This document shows positions 36,301-49,384 of a stretch of 64,000 nt of DNA, in pieces. Each line of letters begins with the position of its first letter. The stretch's first letter is position 1. The translations under genes and the position numbers were made by a program. The DNA comes from Podarcis liolepis (Eukaryota), in NCBI GenBank assembly GCA_965112155.1, contig OZ218101.1; one strand, written 5' to 3'. The notes under the pieces were generated by a model. It worked only from the letters and a program-made list of their open reading frames with translations. It did no database searches and was not told where the DNA came from.

Positions 36301-39300
36301 AGGAGCCGAAAGAAGCTGGATTTGGTGCCAATCCGGTGGAGTGGGCCCTGCTCCCCTTCTTCCCTAGCCTCCTTCTCCTCCAGTGTTGTATCACCTCCTA
36401 CTCTCCATTATTTTCAGTGCAGCAATTAATGCATTGCCTTTTCTTGTTCATACTTCTATTTTAATAGCGCATCCTCTGTTTTTATTTAATCTCACCTTTT
36501 CATACATTGTACAACATCAAACGCTGAAAACAGCATGCCTGAGCAAACAAGCCGGCAGTAGAGTTGCTCTTTTATTCCCTTCTTTATCATTCAATATAAT
36601 CCTCTGCATACAGATTAACTTTGTTTGCACAACATTTAGTTTTGCTCTACCTGCTTGGAAGAGGAAGCACTAAATGCTTCAACAAATGGATTACAAGGTC
36701 ATGTCGTTTCAAGCAGCTTTTTTAAGTACCTCACCACTATCTGCTGAAAAGTCTGCATTGGAACGTTGGACTGTAGAATGAGAAGATGTTTTCATAGCTC
36801 GCTCACTGCTCTGGGATGCATGATAGATGTACAGAGCCATTGTTTCATAGGCTTGCAAGTCCTTGTGAGACCATGCACAAGGTTGCTTGGAATTCCCCTA
36901 TAATAGTATAACCCCACCTTACAAGATTGTTGTAAAGAAACTGTTCAAGAAAGGCCTCATATACGTATCCATGGCATTGGGAAGCAATGTTTGTATACAC
37001 TCAAATTATTTCTGATTCACGGTCTGATTCAAATCTGTTAAACCTGAAGGTCTCTTCCCCATTGACTCCATTAGCTATATTGAGAAATCTAAAACTTGCC
37101 AACCCCCACAGAAATGGATGAAATTTGCAGGCAAGGGAGGGGCCCCCCAAGCGATTAAGCCTGCTAGGCTTCATGAAGATCTATCCAGGGGTTTTCATGA
37201 AGGAAACTTAAATGATGTTGTTTGTGTCTGCTCAGCTAAATAGTTTAAGAATCCTCCCTGGTAACCCTCCTTAAGTTTGGAAAATCCCCTTTCAGACTTT
37301 TATCTCAAAATGCAAGCGTGGTGGCAATGTTGTGCTATTTCCTCACTACACCAGTATGTTTATTTTATAACAACATTTCAGTCTGTAGGAAGCAATTTTC
37401 TTTAGATTTATTCTTTTTAAAAATATTGCTTCAAAAACATTTAAACGTTTTAATTCATCATAAAGCTTATGGCTGCAATTCCACGGAGAAAACATATATG
37501 CTATCAGAAATGAAGTAGAAAGGCTACAATACAAACCACATTTACCAAGGGGGTAAGCCCCACTGAATACAGTGAGACTTACCTCCAAGGAAACGTTGTT
37601 GTTGTTGATCTTGTTAGTAGGAGGAGGAGGAGGAGGGGGAGGAGTATTCATTATATTTGTTACTCAGCCTTCATCATTTGTCCCAGTGTGGTTGGCCATA
37701 ATTTGAAAATACAGGTAGAATTCAAAGCAATGGTTGTCTAATTGAACAATCTCCCTTCTCCATACAAATCCAGTGTGCTCTGCTTTTGATGTGCTTGACC
37801 TCCCCAGATCTGATTTAGGGGTATTTGGAGGGAGGTGGGAAAGTCCCATTGCACTAAAAGGATTGTCCTGCTAGCACAACTATTTAGTTGAATCTGGTCC
37901 ATAAGATTAAAATCAATTGGAATCAATTGGAATTATTTGACTACAAAAATATGCACACATCAAAAACTTTCTGATATCTCTCTTTACATAAGTTGCAATA
38001 GCTAGCTGACTATTTTAAATTTTATGACATGGCAATTCTTTGTGTCATCTGTTTGTTAAAAATTAGTTTCTCCCCATGGAGTATTTTTAATTAAGTATTT
38101 TTTGTGACTGGTAATATGTGTGTGTGCATTTTTATTAAACAATATTTATTATTAGAATGGTTATACTGCAGTCCATGCTTATCTCTGAGTACTTACTAAT
38201 ATTCTTTATCAGGTCCTTTTAGCTGAGAGAGAAGGGATTTTTTATATATAGCTTAGAGTGGCCTGTTTATTGGAGTCTGCTTTTGTAAAGGGCTTCCTAA
38301 TCCTCTCTTACTGTCTTTAAATCCTAGGTGCATTTGCATTGGAATAAAACACCCAGACCAAGTGTATATAGAGTCTGGAAACTGCTATAGCTAGAAAATT
38401 ACGGTGCACAGGATAGTCTCAAAATAAATAGTAGATTAGCTTTACAGTGTCTCACACTTCTTGCTGTGTTATGCCAGAAGTGTAATGTGCATATACCATC
38501 TGGTATATGTCGCTGTGCACACTGGAAGAGAAGGGAGATGTCTTTTCCAGAGCTGCACGTACTAGAGGACCATCAGAGTTCTGGGGGCTTGCAGGCACCC
38601 CTAGGGCATTTTCCAACAGATGAGGCACATGAATAATGGTGAAAGTAAAACCCTTTGACAGGCTTCTGATTAAAAAGAGAAAGTGGGTAGTAATAGTGTA
38701 AAAAGTGCAACATACAGGATAACCTACATTGATGCTTTCGGGCTGCATAGTAAAAATAGGCTCACCAAGCAAGCACCCCCAAAATCACATCAGAGGTGAA
38801 TTTAGGGGAGCATGACTGGTTCAGTCATAGTGGGCATGGAGCCTCAGCAGCACTGTAGGGTTCAGCTATTATATGGAATGGAGTGTGAGAGGCAGGGGGC
38901 GCCAAATTTTGGGCGCCGTTTAAATTTGAGACCACACATTTTGAAAGCCCATTGTTTCAAAGAGTTTGTTTCAAATAGTGCTGGCTTCATTGTTTCCTGT
39001 CCATGTCCTCCAGCCAATTAGGTCTAGGCAAATCAGAAACAACAACATGTTGTGGAATATGCAGAAATGGTGAAACTTACTGAAGAATAAGAAATCAAGA
39101 TATCAAATTTTTTATAAAAGAATGGAAATGGTTTATTGAATATTTATAGATAAATTGTAAACAGATAAGAACATTAGCAGGATTATTGCAATAACCTGCC
39201 ATTTTATAAGAATATATAGAATCATAGAATCATAGAGTTGGAAGAGACCACAAGGGCCATCGAGTCCAACCCCCTGCCAAGCAGGAAACACCATCAGAGC

Positions 39301-39675
39301 ACTCCTGACATATGGTTGTCAAGCCTCTGCTTAAAGACATCCAAAGAAGGAGACGCCACCACACTCCTTGGCAGCAAATTCCACTGTCAAACAGCTCTTA
39401 CTGTCAGGAAGTTCTTCCTAATGTTTAGGTGGAATCTTCTTTCTTGTGGTTTGGATCCATTGCTCCATGTCCGCTTCTCTGGAGCAGCAGAAAACAACCT
39501 TTCTCCCTCCTCTATATGACATCCTTTTATATATTTGAACATGGCTATCATATCACCCCTTAACCTCCTCTTCTCCAGGCTAAACATGCCCAGCTCCCTT
39601 AGCCGTTCCTCATAAGGCATCATTTCCAGGCCTTTGACCATTTTGGTTGCCCTCCTCTGGACACATTCCAGTTTG

Positions 39676-40899
39676 TCAGTGTCCTTCTTTATCGGAGAAG
39701 ACTGAGGCAAAGAAGGCATTGAGGTGTTCAGCCCTTTCTGTGTCCCCTGTTTGCATTTCACCATCTTCTCCTCTGAGTGACCCCACTGTTTCTTTGTTCT
39801 TCCTTTTGCTACGGACATACCCATAAAAGCCTTTTTTGTTGCCTTTAACCTCTATAGCAAGCCTGAGTTCATTCTGTGCTTCAGCTTTTCTGACTTTGTG
39901 TCTACATGTGCTGGCTATTTGTTTGAATTCCTCTTTGGTGGTTCCCCCCCTTTTCCATTTTTTGTACACATCCTTTTTTAATCTTAACTCAGTTAAAAGT
40001 TCTTTAGATAGCCACCCTGGCTTCTTTAGGCACCTTCCATGTTTCCGTCTCATTGGTATTGCCTGACGTTGTGCTTTTACTATCTCCCTCTTAACAAACT
40101 CCCAGCCATCATGAACTCCCTTTCCTTTTAGTATTACTGTCCATGGGATCTCACCCAGCACTTCCCTAAGTTTTGTGAAGTCGGCTTTCTTAAAGTCAAG
40201 AAATTGAGTCCTAGTATGCTTGGCTGCTCCTTTCCGCTGTATAGTAAACGTCAGAAGAGCATGATCACTCGCGCCTAATGATCCTTCCACTTCTACCCCA
40301 CTAACCAGGTCATCAACATTGGTTAGGACCAGATCTAAAATGGCTGTTCCTCTTGTTGCTTCTCCCACTTTCTGGACAATGAAGTTGTCTGCAAGGCCAG
40401 TGAGGAATCTGTTTGACCTTATGCTCTTGGCTGAGTTTGACATCCAACAAATATCCGGGCAATTGAAGTCCCCCATTACTACTATCTCCCTTCCTTTTGC
40501 ATGCTTGGCCATCTGTTCCAGGAAGGCATCATCTATGTCCTCCGTTTGGCTTGGGGATCTATAGTAAACTCCCACAATGAGGTCTCTGTTATTCTTCTCT
40601 CCCTTAATTTTGACCCAAATGCTCTCACTTTGGCTTTGAGGTTCTAAATCTTGGATCTCTTCACAGGTATACACATCCCTGACATATAACACCACTCCTC
40701 CTCCTTTCTTGTCTGGTCTGTTTCTCTGAAATAGATTGTATCCCTCCATCATTACATTCCAATCGTGGGACTTATCCCACCAGGTTTCAGTGATGCCTAT
40801 TATGTCATATTTAGTTTGCTGTACCAAGAGCTCAAGCTCATCTTGTTTCTTTCCCATGCTTTGCGCATTAGTGTACAGACATTGAAGTCCATTAATCAT
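39676..40899 (-). CDS. CR1 ORF2 N-terminal part: APE-type endonuclease, 407 aa uninterrupted, truncated by the deletion
   Basis: Motifs YTNAQS, GITETW, GGGV, GVYYRSP, MGDFN, ILDLVLTN and SDH; ends NAFFASVFS at the junction. Confidence 0.85.
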   Translation of the reverse strand: MINGLQCLYTNAQSMGKKQDELELLVQQTKYDIIGITETWWDKSHDWNVMMEGYNLFQRNRPDKKGGGVVLYVRDVYTCEEIQDLEPQSQSESIWVKIKGEKNNRDLIVGVYYRSPSQTEDIDDAFLEQMAKHAKGREIVVMGDFNCPDICWMSNSAKSIRSNRFLTGLADNFIVQKVGEATRGTAILDLVLTNVDDLVSGVEVEGSLGASDHALLTFTIQRKGAAKHTRTQFLDFKKADFTKLREVLGEIPWTVILKGKGVHDGWEFVKREIVKAQRQAIPMRRKHGRCLKKPGWLSKELLTELRLKKDVYKKWKRGGTTKEEFKQIASTCRHKVRKAEAQNELRLAIEVKGNKKGFYGYVRSKRKNKETVGSLRGEDGEMQTGDTERAEHLNAFFASVFSDKEGH

Positions 40900-41047
40900 T
40901 CCCCCGTGTCTCTTATTTAAGGATTTTTCCTCCCACCACTAGGTCTGTGTGCTGTTTGCTCCATTTGGTCTATGACATTTGGATGATCATCTTCATCAAT
41001 TGATAGACTCCTACCTTCAGGAGCACTGTCTCCCACCCCCACATTAG

Positions 41048-41793
41048 TCAATTTAAAGCCCTCCTGATGAGGTTTCTGAGATTTTTGGCAAAAACATTTC
41101 TCCCAACCGTTGTGAGGTACAGCCCATCACTTGCCAGAAGTCCATCTTCAAGAAACTGCAGTCCGTGATCTAAGAATCCAAACCGTTCCTGTTTACACCA
41201 TTTGCGAAGCCAGCTGTTCACTTCTACTATTTTTTCCTCTCTCCCTGGGCCACGTCGTTCAACTGGGAGGACAGATGAGATGACAATTTGTGCATTTAAT
41301 TGCTTCAATTTCCTGCCCAGAGCCTCATAGTCTCTTTTGATCTTCTGGAGGCTATTGCTTGCAGTGTCATTGGTTCCCACATGAACCAAGAGGAAGGGGT
41401 ATTTGTCAGTGGGTTTTATGATTCCTTGCAGTCATTCAGTTACATCTTAGCCCCAAGGAGACAGCACACCTCCCGAGACATCTTGTCAGGCCCACAGATC
41501 ACTGCTTCTGTTCCCCTCAGTAGGGAATCCCCTATCACCACTACACGCCTCCTTTTAGGTTTGGTCGGGGTTCTTCCGTGAGCTGTCCGTTCCAAGGTCG
41601 CCTGCACATTCCCTGAGGACTGCCTTTGCTGCTCGTCTTCATATACCTGATCGACTGTAATGAGGGAGAGATCCTCAAATGGAGTCTGTTCTTTGTCTTC
41701 CATGCTAGGGGAGAGGACTTCGAAGCGATTGTGTATTTCTAAACAATCAGAGCGAACCCTGGGCCTCCTACTTCTTTGAGTCACATTTCTCCA
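41048..41793 (-). pseudogene. CR1 ORF1 (SGNH/GDSL esterase-like), disrupted
   Basis: VVVIGDSLLRG, VCCL.GAK, VHVGTND and DGL.L motifs split across ORFs 41440-41784 and 41048-41389 by a frameshift and stop. Confidence 0.88.
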
Positions 41794-41934
41794 TATATAT
41801 ATTTAAAGTAGATGAATAAATGAACAAATTAAGTTAATTTGGATATGCAGAAGATATTAAAAATAAATTTAAGGAACTGCAGAAAGAGGGGGAAGGAAGC
41901 CAAGTTTCAAAATGTTAAAATGATTGTAAAATTA

Positions 41935-42300
41935 AAGGTAAAGGTAAAGGTACCCCTGCCCGAACGGGCCAGTCTTGACAGACTCTGGGGTTTGTGCGCC
42001 CATCTCACATCTATAGGCCGGGGGCCAGCGCTGTCCGGAGACACTTCCGGGTCACGTGGCCAGCGTGACAAAGCTGCATCTGGCGAGCCAGCGCAGCACA
42101 CGGAACGCCGTTTACCTTCCCGCTGGTAAGCGGTACCTATTTATCTACTTGCACCCGGGGGTGCTTTCGAACTGCTAGGTTGGCAGGCGCTGGGACCGAG
42201 CAGCGGGAGCGCACCCCGCCGCGGGGATTCGAACCGCCGACCTTTCGATCGGCAAGCCCTAGGCGCTGAGGCTTTTACCCACAGCGCCACCCGCGTCCCT
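41935..42300 (-). mobile_element. Young, CpG-rich Sauria (Squam1) SINE of a different subfamily
   Basis: Full head and (ACCTTT)n tail; 12-bp TSD ATTGTAAAATTA at 41923-41934 and 42302-42313. Confidence 0.93.
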
Positions 42301-43916
42301 TATTGTAAAATTAGTGAAATGTATAAACCTGAAAAGCATAAATAAAAAAGAAACTACAATGTGTATCAGAGCTGCACACATCTGTGAAGTAACGAAGCTT
42401 ATACATATTTAAAGGGGAACTTCTAGGGAGGATAGAGTTACTAACCAGGACAGTCTGGGAATTCCTGCCATCCAGGACAACAGAGAAGTACCCAGGACAA
42501 TTAAAAAAAAAACCAACCATTTTTTTCTTACTTAAAAAAGAGTTTTTAGCATTTTAAAGTAAAATGTCATCACCAGGTCAAGTGAATTGAGGACATTCAC
42601 ATGTTTGCTTGGTAGAGAACTCTGAATTATTTTTCTATCTGACAATATTTCAGACAAGGTCTATATTATTGCTCAGGATCTTTTCACATCTTGCAAAACA
42701 ATTGGCCATTCAAGCAGGCAGGAAGTGATGAGAAGCTCAAGAGAAGCTCAAACTGTGAGCAACAAGCTGCTTAGGCCTTTCATTTCCAAATATTAAATAG
42801 AATATAAATTGGGGGGGGGTGACCAGCATCGCTCCAGATGTTGTTGGAGTATAACTCCCATCAACCTCAACCAGCATGGCCAATGACCAGTGATGATGGG
42901 AATTGCAGTCCAATGATATTTGGAAATTCATGGGTTAGCTGCCCTGATCTATAACCTAAATAATAGAAGCTGTTCTGCTGAGATGCTAGGCCAGTTTAGG
43001 GTATTTGAGTTTTCTCTATGTGGAATAGCTTCAAGGATGAGACCTTGTGAAGGGAATAAATCTGGCACAACCCATCCACAAACACTGACATCAATTTGTG
43101 GAAGGAAGGCAGCTGAAAAAATGGACTGCATCATTTATTCCTATTAGCATTTGGGACTCATATCTAAACATCTGCTCTCTTATTGGCCTTGTATTGGAAA
43201 TATGGGTACTGAAGAATAATTTCTGCTAAAATATAATAAGTTAATATTTCAGAGCATAGCCCAATTCACACTGACAATTGTGACCGTTTCTAATAAAATA
43301 TGCTGGATCTCTTCTTGCTAAAATGGCAGAAATAGATCATGTATACTGTCTTGCAATTAAATTCAAAGTTAGTTCAATCTGCTATTATATCATGGGAAAC
43401 TTGCCCTTAAAACTTCCCGGTTTCTGAAAAGAAAACTGCTGCAGCCATCTTCGCTAATGCAGCCCTCATCGAGCAATTTACAGGTGTCAGCATTTTAACT
43501 GATGAGTCACGAGCTTTCAACTTTCAGCCGAAAACATTAACATCTGATAGATGTGTAAGAAATTGCTCTCGCTGTACTTGCCTCATTATTTAAAAATAGA
43601 CTTGAAAAGACTCATCTCCCAATGGGGATGTATCTCATGAACTTCTGAAAGCCTTGGTATTGCTCCCCAAAGCCCAACTTAATATACAGATATTTTCCAT
43701 TTAATTTTCCCCCAATTATAATTATTACCCCCCTTTTTTCTTGTGTAATTTTAAAAGTAATAAGTATCCATGAAACCCATAAAACTGATTAACATGAAAT
43801 GGAAAACAAGGGTGGATATTCAACACTGTACAATAACAAATCAGTAGTTCTGTGTGGACAGATCTAAAGCAATCTGGAAAGACATGCCCATACACCTAGC
43901 AGATCATAATACTGTA

Positions 43917-44158
43917 CAGTGGTACCTCGGGTTAAGTACTTAATTTGTTCCGGAGGTCTGTTCTTAACCTGAAACTGTTCTTAACCTGAAGCACCACTTT
44001 AGCTAATGGGGCCTCCCGCTACCGCCGCACCGCCACTGCGCAATTTCTTTTCTCATCCTGACGCAAAGTTCTTAACCTGAAGCACTATTTCTGGGTTAGC
44101 GGAGTGTGTAACCTGAAGCGTATGTAACTTGAAGCGTATGTAACCCGAGGTACCACTG
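43917..44158. mobile_element. Tc1/mariner (Tigger/pogo-like) MITE
   Basis: Perfect 18-bp TIRs CAGTGGTACCTCGGGTTA / TAACCCGAGGTACCACTG flanked by TA on both sides. Confidence 0.93.
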
Positions 44159-46119
44159 TATTCTCTAAGACTCATAGTCTGTGTAGGTGGTTAACTGTTT
44201 TTCTGCCTGCTCCAGAGATTTACCACATCTTTCTTTCTGCAGCCAAACTAAGCATGATATCAGTTTGAAGAAACAATGTATTCTCTGTAGTCTGCAATGG
44301 TTGCTGTGGTTATTCCACCGGATGTTCCCAGTACAGTAGAATTCTTTCCAAGAAGGCAGAAACTGATGGTGAAGGAAGATTTTTTTTATTTGTTTGTTTC
44401 CTTTTTTAGGAGAGCATGACAGCCATGCATGTAAATAGGTGTATGTGTGTGGCTGAGCTAGAACTAGGCATGGACTAGATTGTTGAACAGAATCAGCTTA
44501 TATTTGACCATTTATAAAGGTTGTCTTAAGGTTCATCCACACATTTCATCTTACAACAAAACAAACCCCTCAAACCTAGTCGTTAAGTCAATGACGTGGT
44601 TAAGACAATGAGATATAAGCCAGAAAATGCCTTGTTTATATTTCACTCTGCAAAATGCTTGGTTGTTTTCAGCACAGCAGTTCCCACTATTAAAGGGTCA
44701 AGTCTGCTTTAAGAAATGGATCATCGGCTTGTCATTTATGGGAGAGAAGTGTCACTCCAAAGAGAAACACAACAAACAAATCTGCCCTGGTGAGGTTCTT
44801 ATCCTACTTTCACTGTTTTGGATTCCACACAGTTCACTTTTTTTTTTTTTTTTTGGATTTCAGCCAACACATTATAAAGCACTAAACTTATATACATTGG
44901 TATTTTAAAACACTTTTATGTGGGTTACAAAGCGCTAAATTTATAGATGCCCGTGCAGCAACATGTAGCCTCTTGGTGTGCGCTATAAAATAAAATAAAA
45001 ACAATGATCATGAGCGTTATTAAGGGCAAGTTTACGCAATAATGGCTTGCTATTAAATTATGCCTATCATTCACTCATGGCTTAGTTTCCTGGAAAAAGG
45101 CACCATCACATGATATGATTTAAGCTTGACTTGAAATATTACATGATTAAAATACAGATAAATATAAAGCTGATTTACAAGGCAGGAGCAGAGAAATGGA
45201 TCTGGCTTATGAGCTGGAACCTGACCTCTCGCAACCCAAGGGGCATGAACACCATGAGGAAGAGAAACACACACATGCAGAGACTGAATCACATGAGAAC
45301 CACTTTTTATAATTTCATCTGATTTCCCAACGATCTATGTGAACACCAGAACAGAACCAATTGCCTGGGTTTTCCAGCTGAGGTTGGCATCATCCCCTGG
45401 CAGGTTGCTGATTGGGTGGGAAAGACTGACCTGGTCATCTCCACCATAGTCACATGGTGACTACCATGGACAGTTCCTCCCTTGTGGCTGAGTATATGCA
45501 TAGATGTGTGCATTTGGTATGAGTGACCTGCTTTTCATGACCACTTGGGTGTATTTCTCTCAGGACTATCCATGTTGTTCATGATAAACCCTGACAAATC
45601 TTGAACTTACTGTGTATTTGAGACTCATTCTTTTGCTTGTCTGTTTTACAATTCCACTCAACTTGTTTGGAAAGACTAATCTCTTTTACTTGCCTGGCTG
45701 CAAAGAACTCAAGAGACTATTTGCATTTTGCTTTTCTTTTTTTTACTTATAGCCTTCAGCTGTTGATGCTGGTGAATGCTTGGTAATTTCACTTTTGCCT
45801 GCAGTTTCCCAGCTGCTTAATGTAGATATCCAAGAGAGTGCCCATGAAACAAAGGCAGGTTAAACTTAATTGTAAAAACAATCAAATTACTCTTCACTTG
45901 CGGATCTTTCCATCAGCTGTGGTTTGAGGGTAAGAAAAGAAGCATTTCTAAGCTCAAGGCCACTGAATCACCTAGTTCAACATCTTATAAACTAAATTCC
46001 ACCATACAGGTGTCTTCAGAAGGTTCAGTAACCGAACATGTCAGTAACCCATTGTGTGTGTGTGTAGCTGAGTTAGAACTGGGCAGGGACTAGCTTGCTG
46101 AACAGAAAAGGCTCATAGC

Positions 46120-46270
46120 AAAAGAATATAAGACAAGCCTGCTGGATCAGGCCAGTGCTCCATCTTAGACCAGTATCTTGTTCTCAGAGGCTGACCAGAT
46201 GCTTTTGGGAAACCTGCAAGCTGGACATGTGAGCAACAGCACTCTGCCTACTTCTGGTTCCTAGCAGCTC
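46120..46270 (-). mobile_element. Old CR1-type 3' UTR fragment
   Basis: AAGAATATAAGACAAGCCTGCTGGATCAGGCCA...CCATCT..ACCAG resembles the reverse complement of an older CR1 tail. Confidence 0.55.
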
Positions 46271-49145
46271 ATATGATAGTAGTAGAATCAGAATGAACTT
46301 GGCTATTTTTTAAAGCTATCATTAAGGCTGCTCTACAAGTTTAGTCCAATAGCTTAAAAAAAACCTAAAAACAACAACAACTAGTGCAGTGGTTTGGACA
46401 ATGAGCTGTGAGCCAGGAAATGCCTAGTATAGATCTCACTCTGCAAAAGCCCTTTAGGAGGCCTTAGGAAAACGGCTATAAGCTTCAGAGTATGCCACTC
46501 CCATCAATCTTGGATTACACTGTCTTGATTTACAAGAATGTGGCCAGGCTTATTGAGATACACTTTGTGAATCTGTTTAGCACTTTGGAAATTTATTATA
46601 GAAGGAAAATGCTATATATTTCTCACACATCTATTATTGCATCCAGAAAGTAGATCTCAGGTTTCCTACAGGTGAACCATGGCATGAACATCTGTTTGTT
46701 TTCCCAATAACATTAATACAGAACTTCCAGTGGACTCCACATCTCTATTCCTTACAAGTAGATATCACTCACAGTGGGGTTTTTTAATTTTTAAATTGTG
46801 CAGCACAGAAGCTGGCTGATCAGCTCAACAACCTCCCCACAGCTCCTTCATTATCTTCTCACCAGGCAGCTGGCACAGGCTTCTCAAGTGCTCTCTGAGC
46901 TGGTTCACCACTGCTTCCAGCTGGACAGAATCATCCACTTATCTTGTTGAGAACAGTCCCTGTTCCACTGGGACTTCACCCTGCCAATACTTACAGATTC
47001 AGTCTTATTGCAGTTTGCCCAGATAGCTGTCTTTTGCCATGATTAAAGGGACATGAAACTAGTCAAGGTTTAGCAAACAAACAAAATCAAAGAGCTGCAT
47101 GCATTTTAAGAAATGCTATTGAGTTAATAGGATAAACTGAAGAGACCTGCTGTAGATGCCTCATTACTGAATGAGAACGGGTGCCCTAGCCTTTTGGAGC
47201 TGAAGAGCTAACACGTAGAATTGCTTAACAGTGTCCTCAAGGAATAAAAGCTGTAATATGCAAAATTTCAAAACACAGTATTTAATACAGTGCCTCACTT
47301 TGTTTTTTATTAAAACACATTCCTCTTACTATTTCTAACTAGCAGCCTTATCCTTGGTGTTGCTTGGGAATTCTAAAAATAAAATAAAATGAAACCAGTG
47401 CAGTTTTTAAATTAGTGGCTAAAATGAAATGTTCAGTCTACCATCTTGGTTCAAACTGGTGCCCGGTTCTGTCCAAACACAGATTAAAAACCTGGTGCTT
47501 AATCCCAGAAACCATCATGCAAGATATGGTTACAATACATTAGGAGGTGTCCAATTGCATAGTGAACAAACAATTTTCCAAATTACATAGTAGATGCAAT
47601 ATTGTCCATTAGGAGCAAACTGGAACTATGGGAGAACAACAAATCTTGCTTAAATTACTTGAGAGCTAGTTTGGCCATCCTCAGTCAGACTTACTGAACA
47701 AAAATCTGATCACCTGTGATTGGGAGCCACTCAATCCTTGCGCTTAATACATCATTTCAGGTTGCATGAAGGTCCTGTTTGGCAAGGCAAGCCCTGCATT
47801 GCAGTAGGGTGAAGCGATGTGCTTCAGGAGGCAGTGCCTGAATAGTTTAGCGGGGCCATTAAAAGGGCCTTTCCACACACTACACAGGCACAAGCTGTCT
47901 CTGCAAGTGTTTGTGTGAAGGAATGTGCAGTTCAGTTATTGCATGCACAGACTTCACCCTTCTCAAACATGACATGCAAGTCACTGCTTGGGTGTAGAGC
48001 TGAACTACTGATGTACACAGGAAGATAGATTGTGCACTCCTTCAATGTTATATGTATACATCCCTAAAGCGTTGGCCCTAGCAGTGAAAAGGGGGGCATC
48101 AGTCACCCAAATGGGATGCCACAGCCCTTAACTATGCAGGTGTTAAATCCCAGTCTTCCACACCTATAACTAGTGCAAGGGAGGAAATAGAAGCAGATAT
48201 ACATTTCAGCATGTATTTTTAAATCCTTTGACTGAAACCCAGAATCCTTTTACCAGCTTAGAACACTGATAGTAATTCTATTACCACCGCAATAGCCACC
48301 CCTTTCTAATTCTCTAGACACAATTACTGTGCATCATGCAGAGTGAATACAAATCAGCAGAAGAAATAACCACTCCAAAAAAGCGAAAGGAATCACGGAT
48401 GGGAAAGTTCCTGCAGGGGATGCTCTTGTACTCTTTAACTTTAGCCAAACAAGTTTGAAAAAGAAAAAGAAAAGTGAAAGGAAACAAGGGGGAAACACCT
48501 ATAAGAGTTCTATATATGATTTATTTTTATTTTTTTTACTTCTGCCCTTGGCAATTTATACAAAGACAATTAAAATTTTAATTAACACAGTTATCAGTAT
48601 TTTTAACTGCACACAGCTAGTTGCCATTATAAAGATGGCAATCAAGAGTTATATGAAGTAAGGGGTTGATTGTGCTTCAATACGACAATAAGAGTTGTGA
48701 TAAGGTTGCAAATTGCAAAGGAGCTCTCGCTCCTAAATGGAAAGATAGTTTTATTAAGCAACTTGGTCACCCTTTTCACCCAGCTGCACTGATGAATGAG
48801 CATGCTCCACAATGCAAACTCAACAGTGAACCTGAATGGAATTGCAAAGGCTAGGAATGGGAATTGCAGCAGTAGCCTTGACCTCCTAGGAATCAGCTTA
48901 ACTGTTTTTGGCTAATTTATGAGGTCAAAACATTATTTACCTGTACATATTCATTTATTTTGGACACTCTTGAGACATGTTTCAGCCAGATGCTAAAAAT
49001 TAGGTAGCAAAATATGAGAATGAAACGGTAAACAATGCCATTGGTTAAAAGCAAAGCCAGATAACAAGATAGAAAATCCATTTTTTAAAAGTCGTTTAGG
49101 GCCTTCTCGGTAATGGCAACAAAGGCCTGACATCTAGTTTGAGGA

Positions 49146-49294
49146 NNNNNNNNNNNNNNNNNNNNNNNNNNNNNNNNNNNNNNNNNNNNNNNNNNNNNNN
49201 NNNNNNNNNNNNNNNNNNNNNNNNNNNNNNNNNNNNNNNNNNNNNNNNNNNNNNNNNNNNNNNNNNNNNNNNNNNNNNNNNNNNNNNNNNNNNN
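49146..49294. other. Assembly gap (149 N)
   Basis: Run of N. Confidence 0.99.
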
Positions 49295-49384
49295 TAGTTT
49301 GGACTCACAGAAGACTCACAGAAAAAAATGGAACTATTTATAACTAGATTATTCCATTCCTACTTTCGAGAGTGGCCTATAATA

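Larger units (their letters stand above)
39217..41793 (-). mobile_element. Young CR1 LINE, 5'-truncated within ORF1, with internal deletion of the RT domain
   Basis: ORF1 esterase, ORF2 endonuclease, ORF2 C-terminus, 3' UTR and (ATTCTATG)n tail in order; no RT motifs present. Confidence 0.93.
39045..42352 (+). mobile_element. Old L1 3' fragment interrupted by CR1 and Sauria SINE insertions (L1 parts ~39045-39216, 41794-41934, 42314-42352)
   Basis: VEYAEMVKLT...RIRNQD...FIKEWKWFIEYL parallels the C-terminus of the 2372 L1; the A-rich UTR resumes after each insert and ends AATAAAAAAG. Confidence 0.65.
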
